64,000 nt of DNA from an uncultured Verrucomicrobiae bacterium. Lineage in GTDB: Bacteria > Verrucomicrobiota > Verrucomicrobiia > Limisphaerales > Palsa-1400. A model generated the notes under the pieces. It searched no databases. It saw only the letters and a list, made by a program, of their open reading frames with translations, and had not been told where the DNA came from. Both the position numbers and the translations under genes were made by a program. The stretch is taken from assembly GCA_963707025.1 (NCBI GenBank), contig CAVPOM010000018.1:224001-288000 (forward strand), written 5' to 3'. Positions within the stretch are counted from its first letter, which is position 1. Each line of letters starts with the position of its first letter. Positions 28,684 through 43,355 of this stretch are shown piece after piece.

Positions 28684-29421
28684 GTGGGCCGAATCTTGTT
28701 CATTACAGGCACCGGCACCGGGGTTGGAAAAACCGTTTTGACAGCTCTGTTGCTGCGCCATTTGCGGGAGCAAGGGCTTGACGCCCTGGCCATCAAACCG
28801 TTTTGCTCCGGTTCCCGCAAGGACGCCCGCCTGCTGCAACGCCTCCAAAAAGAGGATCTCACGCTGGCCGCAACCAACCCGTTTTTTTTCAGGCGGCCGC
28901 TGGCGCCGTGGGTGGCGGCCAGGGAGAATGGCCGGGCGCAGATTCCTTTGCGCCACGCTCTGGGGAAGATCCGGCGCCTGGGCAAACGCGGCAGAATCCT
29001 GCTGGTGGAAGGTTCCGGCGGGGTGCTGGTCCCGTTGGGTGAAAATTACGCGGTGGCGGATTTAATTTCGCTGCTCCGCTGTGAAACTGTGCTTGTTGCG
29101 CCCAATAGTCTGGGGACCATCAACCACACGTTATTGACGGCGAAATACATGCAAGCCATTGGTGTAAAGGACATTAAGATTGTGATGATGTCAGGAAGAA
29201 AGCCGGATTTATCATCTAGGAGCAACATTCGTGCCATTTGTGAGCTGCTTCCGGCAATTCCGGTTTTTTCGCTGCCGTATTTGGGTGGGGAGGCCTCAAA
29301 TTTGGCCGCGGTGCGGAAAAATGCAAAAAAAGTGAAAAAAACGCTTGCGCAACTGGTTGGGGGTGGTAGTGTGGGCCGTTCCTTCCAACTGGGAGAAGAT
29401 TGCGCGACAATAAACCGTTGA
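28684..29421 (+). CDS. bioD: Dethiobiotin synthase
   Basis: FITGTGTGVGKT, KPFCSG, PLAP, VEGSGG, LGTINH. Confidence 0.92.
   Translation: MGRILFITGTGTGVGKTVLTALLLRHLREQGLDALAIKPFCSGSRKDARLLQRLQKEDLTLAATNPFFFRRPLAPWVAARENGRAQIPLRHALGKIRRLGKRGRILLVEGSGGVLVPLGENYAVADLISLLRCETVLVAPNSLGTINHTLLTAKYMQAIGVKDIKIVMMSGRKPDLSSRSNIRAICELLPAIPVFSLPYLGGEASNLAAVRKNAKKVKKTLAQLVGGGSVGRSFQLGEDCATINR
29317..29372 (+). promoter_or_regulatory. Putative rrn promoter (A-rich UP element, TTGCGC-16-TAGTGT) inside the bioD 3' end
   Basis: A-tracts at 29317-29341, -35 at 29345-29350, -10 at 29367-29372, GC-rich discriminator; boxA-like TGCTCATTGAAA at 29559. Confidence 0.6.
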
Positions 29422-29695
29422 CAATCCGGCGTTGAAGAGACAGATTGCTTCAACGAAAAGAACAGGTATCTGCGATGCCGAAATGAAGCAGGAGAATTCG
29501 GCAAGCAGGTGTTTTTGTCCATTGGATGGGAAGAGAATTTTGGGGTGGAGACACCCGGTGCTCATTGAAAATTGAATTGTGCGAATAGTGAGAGCCCCTT
29601 TGAAGTTCGCCTGTTAGTTTGGCGGGCTTTAGAGAGTTTTAAAATTGCAAAATCAGTCCGGCCAACCCCCGGACGAGATTCAAGCTAACGTTTTT

Positions 29696-31272
<1,577 letters not shown>

Positions 31273-31491
31273 CATGGACACGGGTTGAAAACCGTGCTCC
31301 TAGGTCGGTCAATCCCGGCTTGCCGGGGTTGATATGGCTTTCACTATCGCACAATTCAATATTCGTGAGCCTTTTGCAGGGCGCTGGTTCGCCCGGTTCG
31401 GCACGCAGACATTTTTTTGCGCCCGGACTTCCGTTCTTTAACAAGTGGTGGAGAGACGAACTTTTGGGGGAATGGCGGCCATCCGGTTGTG

Positions 31492-31567
31492 GGGGCTGTA
31501 GCTCAGTTGGTAGAGCGGTAGCTTTGCAAGCTATAGGTCAGGGGTTCGAATCTCCTCAGCTCCACCA
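31492..31567 (+). tRNA. tRNA-Ala(UGC)
   Basis: GGGGCTGTAGCTCAG..GTAGC-TTTGCAA-GCTAT..GGTTCGAATC..CAGCTCCACCA, 76 nt. Confidence 0.98.
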
Positions 31568-31638
31568 ACTTTCGCGGAGCGAAAGTTGCCCGCCGCCGCG
31601 CGCCGCGCGCCGGCGGGCGGAAGCGACCCGCCAAAAAG

Positions 31639-31715
31639 GGGCGTGTAGCTCAGTTGGTTAGAGCATGCGCTTGATAAGCGCAGGGTCACTGGTTCGAATC
31701 CAGTCACGCCCACCA
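31639..31715 (+). tRNA. tRNA-Ile(GAU)
   Basis: GGGCGTGTAGCTCAG..TGCGC-TTGATAA-GCGCA..GGTTCGAATCC..CACGCCCACCA, 77 nt. Confidence 0.98.
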
Positions 31716-31864
31716 CTTGCGACGATTTGCCCGGAGGCGAAGGTTTGGGGCCGCAAGGCCCCGGCCGGGGCCGCCGGGATTGTTCTTTGACAACTACACA
31801 TAGATAATTAAGGGCATGTAAATTACAATTCGCTGAGTTACCATCGAAAGATGGTTATCTTTGT

Positions 31865-34754
<2,890 letters not shown>

Positions 34755-34871
34755 GCTTTTTTCCTTCACAGGAGAAGCGATTTCGACTCGCGAATTGGAT
34801 GGTGCCCCAAAAATCTATGTGTAGTTTTCAGGGAACTTCCCGGAACTTGCCGGGTTGCTCTTTATCATTTT

Positions 34872-34986
34872 TTGGTGGCCATAAAGCTGTGGTCCGACCC
34901 GTTCCCATCCCGAACACGGCCGTCAAACGCAGCATTGCCGATGGTAGTGGTTGTCTAGCTTCCGCGAGAGTAGGTCGCCGCCAGAT
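34872..34986 (+). rRNA. rrf: 5S rRNA
   Basis: TGGTGGCCATA..CCCGTTCCCATCCCGAACACGG..GCCGATGGTAGT..GAGAGTAGGTCGCCGCCA. Confidence 0.97.
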
Positions 34987-35102
34987 CTTTCCAACCAGAG
35001 CCGAAACAGGTGTTTCGGCTCTTTTGGTCGTGGTGTGCCCTGCGGAAAAGGCCAAACGGCCATTGCCCTCCGGGCGGGTTTGATCTATTCTCCCAAGGCA
35101 AC

Positions 35103-35900
35103 ATGCGTTCCCGCTTCCTCGCCAAAGCCCTGGCGCCCGTGGCGCTGCTCCTCGCCGGGTTGTTCCTGGCGCAGCCAGTTTGCGCAGGCGGCGCCCCCCC
35201 GGCAGCCCCTTCCACCCCGGCCAGTCGCGCCGGGCAGGCCTATCGCGAGTGCCGCGCCCGTTTCGAGTCGCAACCCACCAATCCGGTTGCCGCCTGGCAG
35301 TTCGCCTCCGCCTGCTTCGATCAATGCGAGTTTTCCAAGAACGACACCGATCGCGCGCGGGTCGCCAACGAGGGCATCGCGGCCTGCCGGCAGGCGCTTG
35401 GCTTGGAGCCGAATCTTGCCGCCGCGCATTACTACCTGGGCATGGACCTGGCCCAACTGGCGCGCACCGAGCTGATCGGAGCGCTCGGTTTGCTGGGCGA
35501 AGTGGAGAAAGAGTGGGAAACGGCCATCAAACTGGACGAGAACTTTGATTACGCCGGCCCGGACAGAAATCTCGGCCTGCTCTATCGCGATGCGCCGGGC
35601 TGGCCCTTGAGCCTCGGCAGCCGCGCCAAGGCCCGGCAGCATCTTTTGCGCGCCGTCGCATCGCACCCGGAATATCCCGAGAATCATCTCAATCTGATCG
35701 AAGCGTGCCTCAAGTGGAACGATCGCTCCGAAGGCGTGCTGGCCGCCAAGGCGCTGGAAAAAGTCCTGCCGGAAGCCCAAAAAAAATTCACCGGGCCGGC
35801 GTGGGAGTCCAGTTGGGAGGATTGGAACAAACGCTGGCGGGCCATTCAAACCAAGCTGAACCAACCCTCCGCCCTGGCTCCGCCGCATAACCGAAAGTGA
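35103..35900 (+). CDS. Secreted TPR-like protein
   Basis: Signal peptide after the ATG at 35103; AHYYLG..AIKLDENFDYAGPDRNLGLLY..APGWPLSLG..ARQHL. Confidence 0.75.
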   Translation: MRSRFLAKALAPVALLLAGLFLAQPVCAGGAPPAAPSTPASRAGQAYRECRARFESQPTNPVAAWQFASACFDQCEFSKNDTDRARVANEGIAACRQALGLEPNLAAAHYYLGMDLAQLARTELIGALGLLGEVEKEWETAIKLDENFDYAGPDRNLGLLYRDAPGWPLSLGSRAKARQHLLRAVASHPEYPENHLNLIEACLKWNDRSEGVLAAKALEKVLPEAQKKFTGPAWESSWEDWNKRWRAIQTKLNQPSALAPPHNRK

Positions 35901-36125
35901 GCGGGGATCCTGGCGACGGGCCGCGGCGCAACCGGCCCGGTGCGCATGGCAGTTTTGCCGCACGGCGGTTTTGGAGGGATCGAAGTTCAGGGACGGCGCG
36001 CCTCCCGGGCCGGACTTTCAACCAGGTTCGGCTTGCTTCTGATTTGGGCATTGCTTTTTTAGCGCGCGAAATTATATTGCGCCAACAGTTGTGCATCAAG
36101 CTCGCGAAAAAAAGGACTATTAAAC

Positions 36126-36443
36126 ATGCCTGTGCCGCACTCCCGTCTCCGCCCCCAGCCGCGTTTGTCGCCCGCCAAAACCATCAAGCCCGTCAATTTT
36201 ATCTGCGCCGTCACCACGGCCAGGCGCGTCACCTTGATCGGCGACTTCAACGACTGGCATCCCCAGGCCACGCCGATGAAGCGCCAGCCCGACGGCTGCT
36301 GGCATGCCCAGTTGCCCTTGAGCGCCGGCCATCATCATTACCAGTTTTTGGTGGACGGCAAACCGATGCTGGACCCGCGGGCCCAGGGGGTGGCCCGCAA
36401 TGAGCAGGACGAGAAAGTTTCCATGCTCTGCGTCGGGCATTAG
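36126..36443 (+). CDS. CBM48-like / isoamylase early-set glycogen-binding domain protein
   Basis: ARRVTLIGDFNDW..PMKRQPDGCW..HHYQFLVDG..DP. Confidence 0.85.
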   Translation: MPVPHSRLRPQPRLSPAKTIKPVNFICAVTTARRVTLIGDFNDWHPQATPMKRQPDGCWHAQLPLSAGHHHYQFLVDGKPMLDPRAQGVARNEQDEKVSMLCVGH

Positions 36444-36961
36444 CCTTTGGCCGTGGGGCCTTTCAACTCCGCCGCCGCGCGGCGCTCGGCGAAAAAACTC
36501 CGGAGCAGTTGCCGGCATTCCGCCTGGCGGACACCGGCGGTGATTTGGCAGCGGTGGTTCAGGGAGGGAAATTGCAGCAGGTTCAGCGCGCTCCCCGCCG
36601 CGCCCGCCTTGGGATCGGCGGCCCCAAAGACCAGGCGCTGGAGGCGCACATGGACCATGGCTCCCGCGCACATTGGGCAGGGTTCCTTGGTCACGTAGAG
36701 GGTGGCGCTGGCCAGCCGCCAGCCGCCCACCGCCGCCTCGGCCTGGGTGATGGCCAGCATTTCGGCGTGGGCCGTGGCGTCCTTAAGGGTTTCCACCTGG
36801 TTGAAGGCCCGCGCAATAATCCGGCCTGCGCGCACGATGACCGCGCCGACCGGCGTTTCCGCCGCCGCGAAGGCGCGCGCCGCCTGGCGCAAAGCTTCCC
36901 CCATGAAGTAGTGGTCGCTCTCCAGGTCAATCAACGGCTTTTCTGTTTCTTTCATGGTCAT
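36440..36961 (-). CDS. tadA: tRNA adenosine(34) deaminase
   Basis: FMGEAL, ETPVGAVIV, AHAEM, TLYVTKEPCPMCAGAM, LNH, FF..RR. Confidence 0.95.
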   Translation of the reverse strand: MTMKETEKPLIDLESDHYFMGEALRQAARAFAAAETPVGAVIVRAGRIIARAFNQVETLKDATAHAEMLAITQAEAAVGGWRLASATLYVTKEPCPMCAGAMVHVRLQRLVFGAADPKAGAAGSALNLLQFPSLNHRCQITAGVRQAECRQLLRSFFAERRAAAELKGPTAKG

Positions 36962-37455
36962 TTGAGAATGGATTCCTCCAGAGTCCACTGGTTGCGGCCG
37001 GGCGCGCGGCAACGGCAATGGGCGGAGAAAAAGCCGCCACGATGCCGCCAGAAGAGCGGCCAGATTTGCTCGGCATCGGTTTGTGGAATTCTTAACGAGG
37101 AGATTTGCGCCGCGGTGAAAAAGGCGAAATCGCCTTCGCGGTGCGGCGGCGGCAAGGCGGCCAGGCGCGGTCCGACTTCAAACAGAAACATGAGCCAGTG
37201 GGCCTGTCCTGCGTAACCGTGTTCGCTGACCAGCCCGGTCAAATGCAGGTCGGCCGGCCGCAATTTCAGGCCGATTTCCTCCCCGGCTTCCCGGCAGGCG
37301 CAGGCGTGGGGAGACTCGCCGGCGGCCATGTCCAGCTTGCCGCCGCAGGGACTCCAAAGGCCGCGGTTGGGTTGCTGCCGCCGCCGCAGCAGGAGAACCT
37401 CGTCCCGCCGGCTGAAGCAGTAGAGCAGGGTGGAGATTTTATAAGGCAGCGGCAT
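36958..37455 (-). CDS. NUDIX hydrolase
   Basis: Nudix box GGKLDMAAGESPHACACREAGEEIG. Confidence 0.9.
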   Translation of the reverse strand: MPLPYKISTLLYCFSRRDEVLLLRRRQQPNRGLWSPCGGKLDMAAGESPHACACREAGEEIGLKLRPADLHLTGLVSEHGYAGQAHWLMFLFEVGPRLAALPPPHREGDFAFFTAAQISSLRIPQTDAEQIWPLFWRHRGGFFSAHCRCRAPGRNQWTLEESILK

Positions 37456-37556
37456 GAGATGTAACGATGCCAGGATGCCCCGAAGGCCGGGCGTTGGAAA
37501 GAAAATGCTGGCCGAACCGGGGTTGGTTATGGTATTAGGACAGAACGAGTCACATT

Positions 37557-37994
37557 ATGAAAACATTTGCCAAAAGCGCCTGTTTTTTTCTGCTGGCGGC
37601 GTGGGCCGGCAGCACCACGTCCCTGGCCCAGACCAGCGCCCCCGCCCAGGCCACCAACCGGCCCGCCGCGGCGACGAAACTGCCCGCCCGGAGATTTTCC
37701 GGCAAGATACTCAGCGTGGACAGCAAGGCCAAATCAATCGCTCTGCAAGGGGGCGTGAAGATTGTGATTTTAATCACCGACAAGACCCGGATCATCAAGG
37801 CTAAAACGCCGGCCACTTTCAGCGCCCTGGCCGCCGAACAGGCGGTGACGGGCATCGAGCGCCTGGATGCCGCCGGAAAATGGTACGCGGAAACATTGAA
37901 CGTTGGGGATCCACGACAACCCCTGCAGGAGCCGGTGCTGAAGACTTTTGTTGCGCCGGTTAAAACAAATGCCGCCACCAATGGCGGCCATTGA
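37557..37994 (+). CDS. Hypothetical secreted protein (small beta domain)
   Basis: Signal peptide, then FSGKILSVDSKAKSI..ITDKTRIIK..ATFSAL. Confidence 0.7.
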   Translation: MKTFAKSACFFLLAAWAGSTTSLAQTSAPAQATNRPAAATKLPARRFSGKILSVDSKAKSIALQGGVKIVILITDKTRIIKAKTPATFSALAAEQAVTGIERLDAAGKWYAETLNVGDPRQPLQEPVLKTFVAPVKTNAATNGGH

Positions 37995-38090
37995 TCCGCC
38001 ACGGCCCTGGCCCGGGCGGGCGCCGAAACAAAGAGGGACTTAAGGAAAGGAAAAGGCGGCGTTGGCCGTCCGCCACGCCCGTTTATTCCG

Positions 38091-39095
38091 TCAGCGCCGC
38101 CACCAACTTTTGGAGGGGTCGGTGTGTCCGGTTTGTTGGATTTGGCCTCTCAGCAGGTGGCTGCGCGCGGCTTCCAAGGCCATGCGAAAATCGTCGTAGG
38201 ATTCAAAGCGTTGAGAGGGATGCTTGGCCATGGCCTGCAAGAGGGCATTGCTGGTTAATTCGGTGATGTCCGGCGCGACGAGGTTGGGAGGTGTCAGGGC
38301 GGTATGCACATGGGCTGAGACCACTTCGTCCACCGTCCCTTCAAAAGGGACATGGCCGGTCAAGGCATGGTAAAGGGTGCCGCCCAGGCTGTACATGTCG
38401 GAGTGAAAATCCTCGCCCTTGCGTTCAAGTTTTTCCGGGGCGACGTAATAGACCGTTCCCCAGATGTGCTCTTCCCAAGTGTCGTCCTCCGCGGCCCGGA
38501 CCAGGCCGAAATCAATCAGCTTGGGTTCGCCGTCAATGTTGTAAAGAATATTGCCTGGCTTGATGTCGCGATGAAGCAGTTTGTGTTGGAGGGCGGTGGT
38601 CAGGGCGGAGCACATTTTGATGCCGACATCAAGCACCTCCAATTCCGGCACGCGTTTGTCGGTTTCGATGCGGTTGTCCAGGCTGCCCTGGTCGGCCAAC
38701 TCCATCACCAGGTAGGGTTGGCCCTCGAATTCATCGAAGCTGTAAATATGGATGATGTTGGTGTGGTTGAGGGAGGCGCTGGCGCGGGCTTCGCGATAAA
38801 AGGCCTTGAGGATGGCCGGGTCGGCCGCCATTTCGCGCTTTATCATTTTCAGGGCGACCTGGCGCTGCAATTTCGCGTCCAGCGCGGTATAAACCGTGGC
38901 CATGCCGCCGGAAGCGATGATGGTGAGCAACTCGAAATTGCGCAGCATGACCGGCAGCATGACCGGGTGCTCGCACTTGCTGCACGGCGTCGTGGCAAAC
39001 GGGGCAAGATCGCCCGGAATAAAGGTTCTGGATTTGCATCGGCCGCAAGTGACCATTTTCAGCGGTTTGCTTGCGCCGGTCGTTCCGATACTCAC
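38091..39095 (-). CDS. Ser/Thr protein kinase with an N-terminal Zn-ribbon
   Basis: CxxC..CxxC, GGMATVY, VALK, HRDIKPGN, DFG, YVAPE, SDMYSLG. Confidence 0.94.
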   Translation of the reverse strand: MSIGTTGASKPLKMVTCGRCKSRTFIPGDLAPFATTPCSKCEHPVMLPVMLRNFELLTIIASGGMATVYTALDAKLQRQVALKMIKREMAADPAILKAFYREARASASLNHTNIIHIYSFDEFEGQPYLVMELADQGSLDNRIETDKRVPELEVLDVGIKMCSALTTALQHKLLHRDIKPGNILYNIDGEPKLIDFGLVRAAEDDTWEEHIWGTVYYVAPEKLERKGEDFHSDMYSLGGTLYHALTGHVPFEGTVDEVVSAHVHTALTPPNLVAPDITELTSNALLQAMAKHPSQRFESYDDFRMALEAARSHLLRGQIQQTGHTDPSKSWWRR

Positions 39096-39220
39096 TCTCG
39101 AAGCATAACACGGAATGCGCTGGGGACAAGTAGTTTGCGCCGATCAGATCAGGCTGCCCGGCGGGGCCGCCTCTCCACCGATCGCCCCGGCGGCGGCCGA
39201 GCGGGCCGGGCTGCGGGTCA

Positions 39221-40762
39221 TCACGGCATTTTGATGTCAATCCTGCTGCGCTGGAGGGTGGTTCCCTCATCCAGAGCCAGTTGTTCCAGGGCGATGTTGT
39301 AGTCGGCCAAGGCCCGGATTTCCGCGGAGCGCGCGGTGGTGAGATTGTTCTGGAGCTGGAGAACTTCAAAGCTGGTGGTCGAACCGGCCCGCAAGCGCGC
39401 CTGCCCCGCCCGCAACGCGTCTTCGGCGTATTCGCGCGCCTTGCGGGTCGCGTCCACGCGCAGCAAATCGGAGCGGACGGTCTTGATGTCGTTGTCCACC
39501 GCCACGACGATGGTGGTTTCGATTTTCTTGAGTTGGAGCAGAGATTGCTCCAGGGTGGCCTTGGCGGATTTGTAGGCGTTGCGCGCGCCGGTGTTTTCCA
39601 GCGGGATGGTGAGGGCCAGGCCGTAGGAATAGGTGGGATCGGTGCCCTCGCGGATGGTTTCCACAGTTCGGCCGAACAGGGCGCCGACGGCGTTGAATCC
39701 ATAACTGCCTTTCAAATCCAGTTCGGGGTAAAGCTGGTTTTGGGTGTATTTGATGGCGAGGTGCTGCTTTTCCACGGTGATTTTGGCCTGGAGCATTTCG
39801 GGGCGCGAATCAATGGCGGTGCGCAAGCTCTGGGAAAGGTCGGGATTTTCCGGCACGGCCAGCAAGGATTCGGAGGGCACGGGAGTGACCTCGCGCCATT
39901 GGTCAAGGTGAATGGGGTCGAGGAGGGATTTCAAGGTGTTTTCCTGCACCGCTTGGGCCAGTTGGGCGGCCAGAAGATCGGACTGGCTGCTGGCGGCCTG
40001 GGATTCGGCCTGTCTTTGGTCCAGCGGGGCCAGGGCGCCCAGTTGCACTTTCCTGGCGTTTTCGTCCACCAATTGCTGGGCCAGGTTGACGGCGGCGCGC
40101 TGCACGGCCACGTTTTCGCGCGCGGCGATCAGGTTGTAATAAGCGGTCTTGATGGTGTTGACGGAATTCTCCATCTGAAGGCGCAGGGCCAATAGATCGC
40201 TGCGCAGGGTTCTGCGGGAGAGCTGGATTTGATAGCGGGTGTTGTCTATCCATGAGTTCTTTAAGAGGGGCTGAGCCAACGTCAGGGCGGGAGTGGTGTT
40301 GTATTGGCTGAAGGGGGTGGTTTGCTGGCTTAACGGGGTGGTCACGTTGTAGTTCATACCGAAGGGGAGCGTGCCGCCCAGGTTGGGTGTGTAGTTGTTG
40401 ACGATCGTGGCGTACGGAGGAAAGTTGAACCCCAGGTAGAATTGCCCCGGCGCGGTGTTCAACGCTCTGGAGAGGTTGAAGGAGAAGGCTGGGTCGTAGG
40501 CCGAAAACAGGCCGTTCAAGGCGAATTGGTCCAGAATGGGGGTGTATCTGCTGATGAGGATGTCGAGGTTGTTGGTCAGCGCCATTTGCACCACGTCGTC
40601 CACGGACAGCAGCCGTATCCTGCCCTCCGCCGCGGGCGGGGCCGGGGCGGGCAGTTGGGCGCGGGCGGTGAAGGCCGGGCAAAGGCTGAGCGCGGTCAGG
40701 GCCAGCGCGGGAAGGGCGAGCCGGGATGTTTTGGCGAAGGCCGGGAGGTGGGTCGTGGTCAT
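39221..40762 (-). CDS. TolC-family outer membrane efflux protein
   Basis: ALTNNLDI, LAQPLLKN, AYYNL, RPEM, LYPELDL, GSTTSFEVLQLQ. Confidence 0.92.
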   Translation of the reverse strand: MTTTHLPAFAKTSRLALPALALTALSLCPAFTARAQLPAPAPPAAEGRIRLLSVDDVVQMALTNNLDILISRYTPILDQFALNGLFSAYDPAFSFNLSRALNTAPGQFYLGFNFPPYATIVNNYTPNLGGTLPFGMNYNVTTPLSQQTTPFSQYNTTPALTLAQPLLKNSWIDNTRYQIQLSRRTLRSDLLALRLQMENSVNTIKTAYYNLIAARENVAVQRAAVNLAQQLVDENARKVQLGALAPLDQRQAESQAASSQSDLLAAQLAQAVQENTLKSLLDPIHLDQWREVTPVPSESLLAVPENPDLSQSLRTAIDSRPEMLQAKITVEKQHLAIKYTQNQLYPELDLKGSYGFNAVGALFGRTVETIREGTDPTYSYGLALTIPLENTGARNAYKSAKATLEQSLLQLKKIETTIVVAVDNDIKTVRSDLLRVDATRKAREYAEDALRAGQARLRAGSTTSFEVLQLQNNLTTARSAEIRALADYNIALEQLALDEGTTLQRSRIDIKMP

Positions 40763-40787
40763 GGCTTTGCTTTGATTAAGGTTTGGC

Positions 40788-42098
40788 CTACTCGTAGCGC
40801 AAGGAATCAATGGGATCCAGGTTGGCCGCCTTGTGCGCCGGATAGGTGCCGAAGATAATGCCCACCAGCGAGCATATTCCCAGTCCAATCAGCGCCCAAT
40901 CCATTGGGATGACGGGGGCCAGCTTCATCAACTTGGCCAAAAAGTCGCCGCCGGCGATGCCCAACCCCACGCCAATCACCCCCCCCACTTCGCACAGCAC
41001 GATGGCTTCCATGATGAATTGGGTCATGATGTTGCGTTTTTTGGCCCCGATGGCGCGGCGGATTCCGATCTCGCGCGTCCGTTCTGTCACCGAGACCAGC
41101 ATAATATTCATGATGCCGATGCCGGCGGCGAGCAGGGCGATGGAGCTGATCAGGCTCACGCCCAGGCGGACTTTGAAGGTGAACGACTTGATTTGGTCCA
41201 TCACCGAATCGTTGGAGAAGATTTCAAAATCATCCTCCTGGCCGGGAGGGACCTTGCGCAAAATGCGCATGATGCCGCGCACCTGGTCCACCGTGTTGTC
41301 GTAGTCCGCCTGGCTGGGGGCCTGCACCAGAATGCTGATGTCAATCCATTGCTTTTCGTAATAGCGGGTCAAACCGGTGGTGATGGGGATGATGGCAAAA
41401 TTGTCCTGGCGCCCTCCCGACATGCTCCCCTTGGATTCCAGGACGCCGATGACCGTATATTTGATTCCGTCGTAATTGACCACTTCGCCCACGGCCGGGC
41501 AGTGCGGGAACAAGTTGGTGGCCAGACTGTTGCCCAGGACGCAGACATCGCGCTGGCTGTCCACGTCCGAATCAATCAAGGCGCGCCCTTCCTCAATGGT
41601 CCAGTCCTGGGCGGGGAAGCTCCCGGGCGTGTCCCCCGTGACGAACACATTGGGAGGGGCTTTGGCGTAACGCGAGGTCATGGTGCCGTTGGCCAGACCT
41701 TCTTCCAAGCCGATGCTGCGGGGGAGGGTGGCGCGGCCGGCCAGGGCCAGTCCCTGCGCCAGGCTGATCCTTTTGCGGCGCCGGTACTTCTCCCAGCCCG
41801 CCGGGCCGTCAAATTGCACTTGGGGCCAGCGCTGCACCACGAAGGTGTCGCCGCCCAATTGCGCCATGTTTTTCTCGATGTCCTTTTGCATGGCCCGCAT
41901 GGTGGTCATGACGACGATAATGGAGAAGACGCCGACCAGGACGCCGAGCAAGGTGAGCGCCGAGCGCAGCTTGTGCGCCACCAAAGCGCCCATGGCCATG
42001 AGGAAGCTTTCCTTGACCTCCGCCGCCAGGATGATCGGAATGGTGAATAGGGAATGGTGAATAGTGAAAGAATTCGGAATGTCTGATTCATTTTTCAT
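40788..42098 (-). CDS. MacB-like ABC transporter permease; N-terminus partly encoded by heptamer repeats
   Basis: [55 protein letters not shown]. Confidence 0.92.
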   Translation of the reverse strand: MKNESDIPNSFTIHHSLFTIPIILAAEVKESFLMAMGALVAHKLRSALTLLGVLVGVFSIIVVMTTMRAMQKDIEKNMAQLGGDTFVVQRWPQVQFDGPAGWEKYRRRKRISLAQGLALAGRATLPRSIGLEEGLANGTMTSRYAKAPPNVFVTGDTPGSFPAQDWTIEEGRALIDSDVDSQRDVCVLGNSLATNLFPHCPAVGEVVNYDGIKYTVIGVLESKGSMSGGRQDNFAIIPITTGLTRYYEKQWIDISILVQAPSQADYDNTVDQVRGIMRILRKVPPGQEDDFEIFSNDSVMDQIKSFTFKVRLGVSLISSIALLAAGIGIMNIMLVSVTERTREIGIRRAIGAKKRNIMTQFIMEAIVLCEVGGVIGVGLGIAGGDFLAKLMKLAPVIPMDWALIGLGICSLVGIIFGTYPAHKAANLDPIDSLRYE

Positions 42099-42117
42099 AA
42101 TTCATCATTCATCATTC
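42038..42117. repeat. Opposed heptamer arrays (GAATGGT/GAATAGT and TTCATCA)
   Basis: gaatggtgaatagggaatggtgaatagtgaa ... ttcataattcatcattcatcattc. Confidence 0.8.
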
Positions 42118-42125
42118 CTAATTGG

Positions 42126-43355
42126 CTACTCATTGCGCAGGGCCTCGACCGGGTCCATGCGCGCGGCGCGCCAGGCGGGCAGGAAGCCGGAAACCACGCC
42201 TGTCAATAATGAGACGAGCAAGGCCAGGGCCGTCACGGGCAGCGACAGGGAGGCGGCAAAGAATCTGGACATGAGCAGGGTCAGGCCGAAGGCGATGCCC
42301 AGGCCGGTCAGGCCGCCGAGCAGACAGATGCTGGCCGCCTCGATCAAAAACTGCAGCAGGATGGTGCGCCGCTTGGCCCCAATGGCCTTGCGCACGCCGA
42401 TCTCGCGCGTCCGCTCCGCCACCGAGACAAACATAATGTTCATGATGCCAATCCCGCCCACGAAGAGGGAAAGCCCCGTCACGGCCAACCCCACGGCGGC
42501 AATCGTGCCGGCCAGGTGGTTGAACATCTTGACGATCGTGTCCTGCTGGTTGATGGCGAAATCGTCCGGCTCGCCCGGGGCGACGTGGCGGATCTTGCGC
42601 AGCACGCCGCGCAACTCCTCCCGGGCATCCTCCAGATGGGAAAGGTCGGCCACCTTGACCTGAATTTCAAAGTCCGGGTCGCGCCAGTAGCCGATGAGAA
42701 ACTGTGGAATGGGAAGAATGGCCTGGTTGTCCATGCTCTCGATGCCCAGGAAACTGCCGCGCTTTTCCAGCACGCCGACCACCTCCAGCCAGCGGGGACC
42801 GATCCTGATTTTTTTGCCGAGAGGAGATTCCCTGAGGAAAAGATTGGTGGCGACGTCATTGCCGATGACACAGACCGGACGCCCCCCGGCGGCATCGCTG
42901 GCGGTCAAAAACCGGCCTTGGGCCACCCCAAAACCGGCGGTGATGAGAAACTGCTCGGTGGTGCCAATCACCGTCACCCTGGCCGTGCTGCGATTTTGGT
43001 AACGGATGGAGCGCCCCATATACACGGCCGGAGCGACCGCGCTGGCCAGGGTCATCTGCTTTTCCACGGTTCTGACCTGGTCGCGGGTGACGATCCGCCT
43101 TTTGTACTGTTTGAGCCATTCGTCCTCGCTGTTAATGAACCAGGCCATGCGATCGGCGTAGAGCACGTCGGCCCCCATGGTGGAAATGCTCTGGTGAAAG
43201 GAGCGGTTGAGGCCGTCCATGGCCGCGCCCATCAAAGTGACACTGACAATGCCAATGATGATTCCCAAGGTGGTCAGCCCCGCCCGCATTTTGTTGGCCC
43301 TGATGGCGTCCCAGGCAATGAGCAGGCCTTCCTTGATTTCGATGAAAAAGTTCAC
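42126..43355 (-). CDS. MacB-like ABC transporter permease
   Basis: [57 protein letters not shown]. Confidence 0.94.
   Translation of the reverse strand: MNFFIEIKEGLLIAWDAIRANKMRAGLTTLGIIIGIVSVTLMGAAMDGLNRSFHQSISTMGADVLYADRMAWFINSEDEWLKQYKRRIVTRDQVRTVEKQMTLASAVAPAVYMGRSIRYQNRSTARVTVIGTTEQFLITAGFGVAQGRFLTASDAAGGRPVCVIGNDVATNLFLRESPLGKKIRIGPRWLEVVGVLEKRGSFLGIESMDNQAILPIPQFLIGYWRDPDFEIQVKVADLSHLEDAREELRGVLRKIRHVAPGEPDDFAINQQDTIVKMFNHLAGTIAAVGLAVTGLSLFVGGIGIMNIMFVSVAERTREIGVRKAIGAKRRTILLQFLIEAASICLLGGLTGLGIAFGLTLLMSRFFAASLSLPVTALALLVSLLTGVVSGFLPAWRAARMDPVEALRNE

Noticed and set aside
31492..31715. tRNA-Ala preceding tRNA-Ile in the spacer
   Set aside because: This order is known in several lineages and is useful only as a taxonomic hint.
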